From Paragordius varius (Eukaryota; Animalia; Nematomorpha): a stretch of 64,000 nucleotides of DNA. Position 1 is the stretch's first letter. Every line of letters begins with the position of its first letter. Below are positions 60,701-64,000 of this stretch, in pieces. The notes below the pieces were generated by a model. It was not told the DNA's origin, made no database searches, and saw nothing but the letters and a program-made list of their open reading frames with translations. The position numbers were made by a program, and so were the translations under genes. The stretch is from assembly GCA_964247055.1 (NCBI GenBank), contig OZ176054.1, positions 13,454,001-13,518,000 of the forward strand, in the 5' to 3' direction.

Positions 60701-63700
60701 CACCCCATTTCAGTATTAGAATAGATGGAGTTAGGAATGTTGGACAACTGATTTTGATGTTACTGTGTTAATGGATTATCGGTTATTGAGTTTACATCCA
60801 TCCGTCACCGAAACCACCCCTTTTCAGTATTAGGATAGATGGAGTTAAGAATGTTGGAGAACTGATTTTGATGTAACTGTGTTAATGGATTATCGGTTAT
60901 TGAGTTTACATCCATCTGTCACCGAAACCACCCCTTTTCAGTATTAGGATAGATGGAGTTAAGAATGTTGGACAACTGATTTTGATGTAACTGTGTTAAT
61001 GGATTATCGTATATAGAGTTTACATCCATCCGTCACCGAAATCACCCCTTTTCAGTATTAGGATAGATGGAGTTAAGAATGTTGGACAACTGATTTTGAT
61101 GTAACTGTGTTAATGGATTATCGGTTATTGAGTTTACATCCATCCGTCACCGAAAACACCCCTTTTCAGTATTAGGATAGATGGAGTTAGGAATGTTGGA
61201 CAACTGATTTTGATGTAACTGTGTTAATGGATTATCGGTTATTGAGTTTACATCCATCCGCCACCGAAACCACCCCTTTTCAGTATTAGGATAGATGGAG
61301 TTAAGAATGTTGGACAACTGATTTTGATGTAACTGTGTTAATGGATTATCGGTTATTGAGTTTACATCCATCTGTCACCGAAACCACCCCTTTTCAGTAT
61401 TAGGATAGATGGAGTTAAGAATGTTGGAATACTGATTTTGATGTAACTGTGTTAATGGATTATCGTATATAGAGTTTACATCCATCCGTCACCGAAATCA
61501 CCCCTTTTCAGTATTAGGATAGATGGAGTTAAGAATGTTGGACAACTGATTTTGATGTAACTGTGTTAATGGATTATCGGTTATTGAGTTTACATCCATC
61601 CGTCACCGAAACCACCCCTTTTCAGTATTAGGATAGATGGAGTTAAGAATGTTGGACAACTGATTTTGATGTAACTGTGTTAATGGATTATCGGTTATTG
61701 AGTTTACATCCATCCGTCACCGAAACCACCCCTTTTCAGTATTAGGATAGATGGAGTTAAGAATGTTGGACAACTGATTTTGATGTAACTGTGTTAATGG
61801 ATTATCGGTTATTGAGTTTACATCCATCCGTCACCGAAACAACCCCTTTTCAGTATTAGGATAGATGGAGTTAGGAATGTTGGACAACTGATTTTGATGT
61901 AACTGTGTTAATGGATTATCGGTTATTGAGTTTACATCCATCTGTCACCGAAACCACCCCTTTTCAGTATTAGGATAGATGGAGTTAAGAATGTTGGACA
62001 ACTGATTTTGATGTAACTGTGTTAATGGATTATCGGTTATTGAGTTTACATCCATCTGTCACCGAAACCACCCCTTTTCAGTATTAGGATAGATGGAGTT
62101 AAGAATGTTGGACAACTGATTTTGATGTAACTGTGTTAATGGATTATCGTATATAGAGTTTACATCCATCCGTCACCGAAATCACCCCTTTTCAGTATTA
62201 GGATAGATGGAGTTAAGAATGTTGGACAACTGATTTTGATGTAACTGTGTTAATGGATTATCGGTTATTGAGTTTACATCCATCCGTCACCGAAAACACC
62301 CCTTTTCAGTATTAGGATAGATGGAGTTAGGAATGTTGGACAACTGATTTTGATGTAACTGTGTTAATGGATTATCGGTTATTGAGTTTACATCCATCCG
62401 CCACCGAAACCACCCCTTTTCAGTATTAGGATAGATGGAGTTAAGAATGTTGGACAACTGATTTTGATGTAACTGTGTTAATGGATTATCGGTTATTGAG
62501 TTTACATCCATCTGTCACCGAAACCACCCCTTTTCAGTATTAGGATAGATGGAGTTAAGAATGTTGGAATACTGATTTTGATGTAACTGTGTTAATGGAT
62601 TATCGTATATAGAGTTTACATCCATCCGTCACCGAAATCACCCCTTTTCAGTATTAGGATAGATGGAGTTAAGAATGTTGGACAACTGATTTTGATGTAA
62701 CTGTGTTAATGGATTATCGGTTATTGAGTTTACATCCATCCGTCACCGAAACCACCCCTTTTCAGTATTAGGATAGATGGAGTTAAGAATGTTGGACAAC
62801 TGATTTTGATGTAACTGTGTTAATGGATTATCGGTTATTGAGTTTACATCCATCCGTCACCGAAACCACCCCTTTTCAGTATATAGATGGAGTTAAGAAT
62901 GTTGGACAACTGATTTTGATGTAACTGTGTTAATGGATTATCGTATATTAAGTTTACATCCATCCGTCACCAAAACCACCCCTTAGTATTAAGATAGATG
63001 GAGTTAGGAATGTTGGACAACTGATTTTGATGTAACTGTGTTAATGGATTATCGGTTATTGAGTTTACATCGATCCGTCACCGAAACCACCCCTTTTCAG
63101 TATTTGGATAGATGGAGTTAAGAATGTTGGACAACAGATTTTGATGTAACTGCGTTAATGGATTATCGGTTATTGAGTTTACATCCATCCGTCACCGAAA
63201 CCACCCCTTTTCAGTATTAGGATAGATGGAGTTAAGAATGTTGGACAACTGATTTTGATGTAACTGTGTTAATGGATTATCGGTTATTGAGTTTACATCC
63301 ATCCGTCACCGAAACCACCCCATTTCAGTATTAGAATAGATGGAGTTAGGAATGTTGGACAACTGATTTTGATGTTACTGTGTTAATGGATTATCGGTTA
63401 TTGAGTTTACATCCATCCGTCACCGAAACCACCCCTTTTCAGTATTAGGATAGATGGAGTTAAGAATGTTGGACAACTGATTTTGATGTAACTGTGTTAA
63501 TGGATTATCGGTTATTGAGTTTACATCCATCCGTCACCGAAACAACCCCTTTTCAGTATTAGGATAGATGGAGTTAAGAATGTTGGACAACTGATTTTGA
63601 TGTAACTGTGTTAATGGATTATCGGTTATTGAGTTTACATCCATCTGTCACCGAAACCACCCCTTTTCAGTATTAGGATAGATGGAGTTAAGAATGTTGG

Positions 63701-64000
63701 ACAACTGATTTTGATGTAACTGTGTTAATGGATTATCGGTTATTGAGTTTACATCCATCTGTCACCGAAACCACCCCTTTTCAGTATTAGGATAGATGGA
63801 GTTAAGAATGTTGGACAACTGATTTTGATGTAACTGTGTTAATGGATTATCGTATATAGAGTTTACATCCATCCGTCACCGAAATCACCCCTTTTCAGTA
63901 TTAGGATAGATGGAGTTAAGAATGTTGGACAACTGATTTTGATGTAACTGTGTTAATGGATTATCGGTTATTGAGTTTACATCCATCCGTCACCGAAAAC
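54716..64000. repeat. 114-bp satellite DNA array (about 81 units, continues past the window)
   Basis: Unit GATGTAACTGTGTTAATGGATTATCGGTTATTGAGTTTACATCCATCCGTCACCGAAACCACCCCTTTTCAGTATTAGGATAGATGGAGTTAAGAATGTTGGACAACTGATTTT. The period is 114 bp (CCACCC at 54781 and 54895), units are highly similar, and the first unit is the most diverged. Confidence 0.98.

Noticed and set aside
56137-62511. Four 74-aa ORFs (MDVNSITDNPL...) and the idea that the 114-bp (38-codon) satellite encodes a repeat protein by TGA read-through
   Set aside because: The ORFs arise only where a TGA-to-TGG variant joins two units. Another common variant (GATGTTACTG) creates a TAA in the same frame, and a 4-bp deletion at about 62881 breaks the frame, so there is no sign of coding constraint.
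54716-64000. CRISPR array or hammerhead-ribozyme satellite
   Set aside because: There are no unique spacers and no cas genes, and the context is eukaryotic. The hammerhead core CUGANGA is absent on both strands (CTGATTT and CTGAAAA only).

Overview
AT-rich, intron-containing animal genomic DNA (invertebrate-like; the taxon cannot be fixed from sequence alone). Hand-splicing gives six or seven protein genes. (1) 1313-5286 (+): an apparent chimera in which the N-terminal FG repeats and GLEBS motif of NUP98 run in frame, inside one exon, into an LDAF1/promethin (TMEM159) membrane domain. No Nup98 autoprotease or Nup96 part is visible. (2) 8569-16728 (+): a 7-exon secreted Cys-containing orphan. 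(3) 20278-21981 (-): an intronless, divergent rhodopsin-class GPCR. (4) About 28.7-29.3 kb (-): first exon of a possible type II membrane protein. (5) 33142-44042 (-): FGGY carbohydrate kinase, with a tandemly duplicated phase-1/2 exon pair (probably mutually exclusive), a 33-nt intron and a U12-like donor. (6) 46201-47945 (-): a 3-exon secreted D/E/R-rich orphan. (7) 49226-50433 (+): the 5' half of an astacin metalloprotease whose HExxH exon is not found in the window. Introns and spacers are crowded with non-autonomous DNA transposons: more than 20 copies of a TA-flanked Tc1/mariner-type MITE, a foldback MITE with 21-bp-unit arms, hAT MITEs, and about 1.1-kb CACT(A/G)-ended elements with TTA/TAA target duplications, some nested. 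There is also a decayed mariner transposase and a 3.2-kb decayed hAT element that carries an inverted deleted copy of its own transposase. The last 9.3 kb (about 54716-64000) is a 114-bp satellite array of about 81 units that runs off the window. The main lead is the NUP98-FG/GLEBS::LDAF1 fusion.
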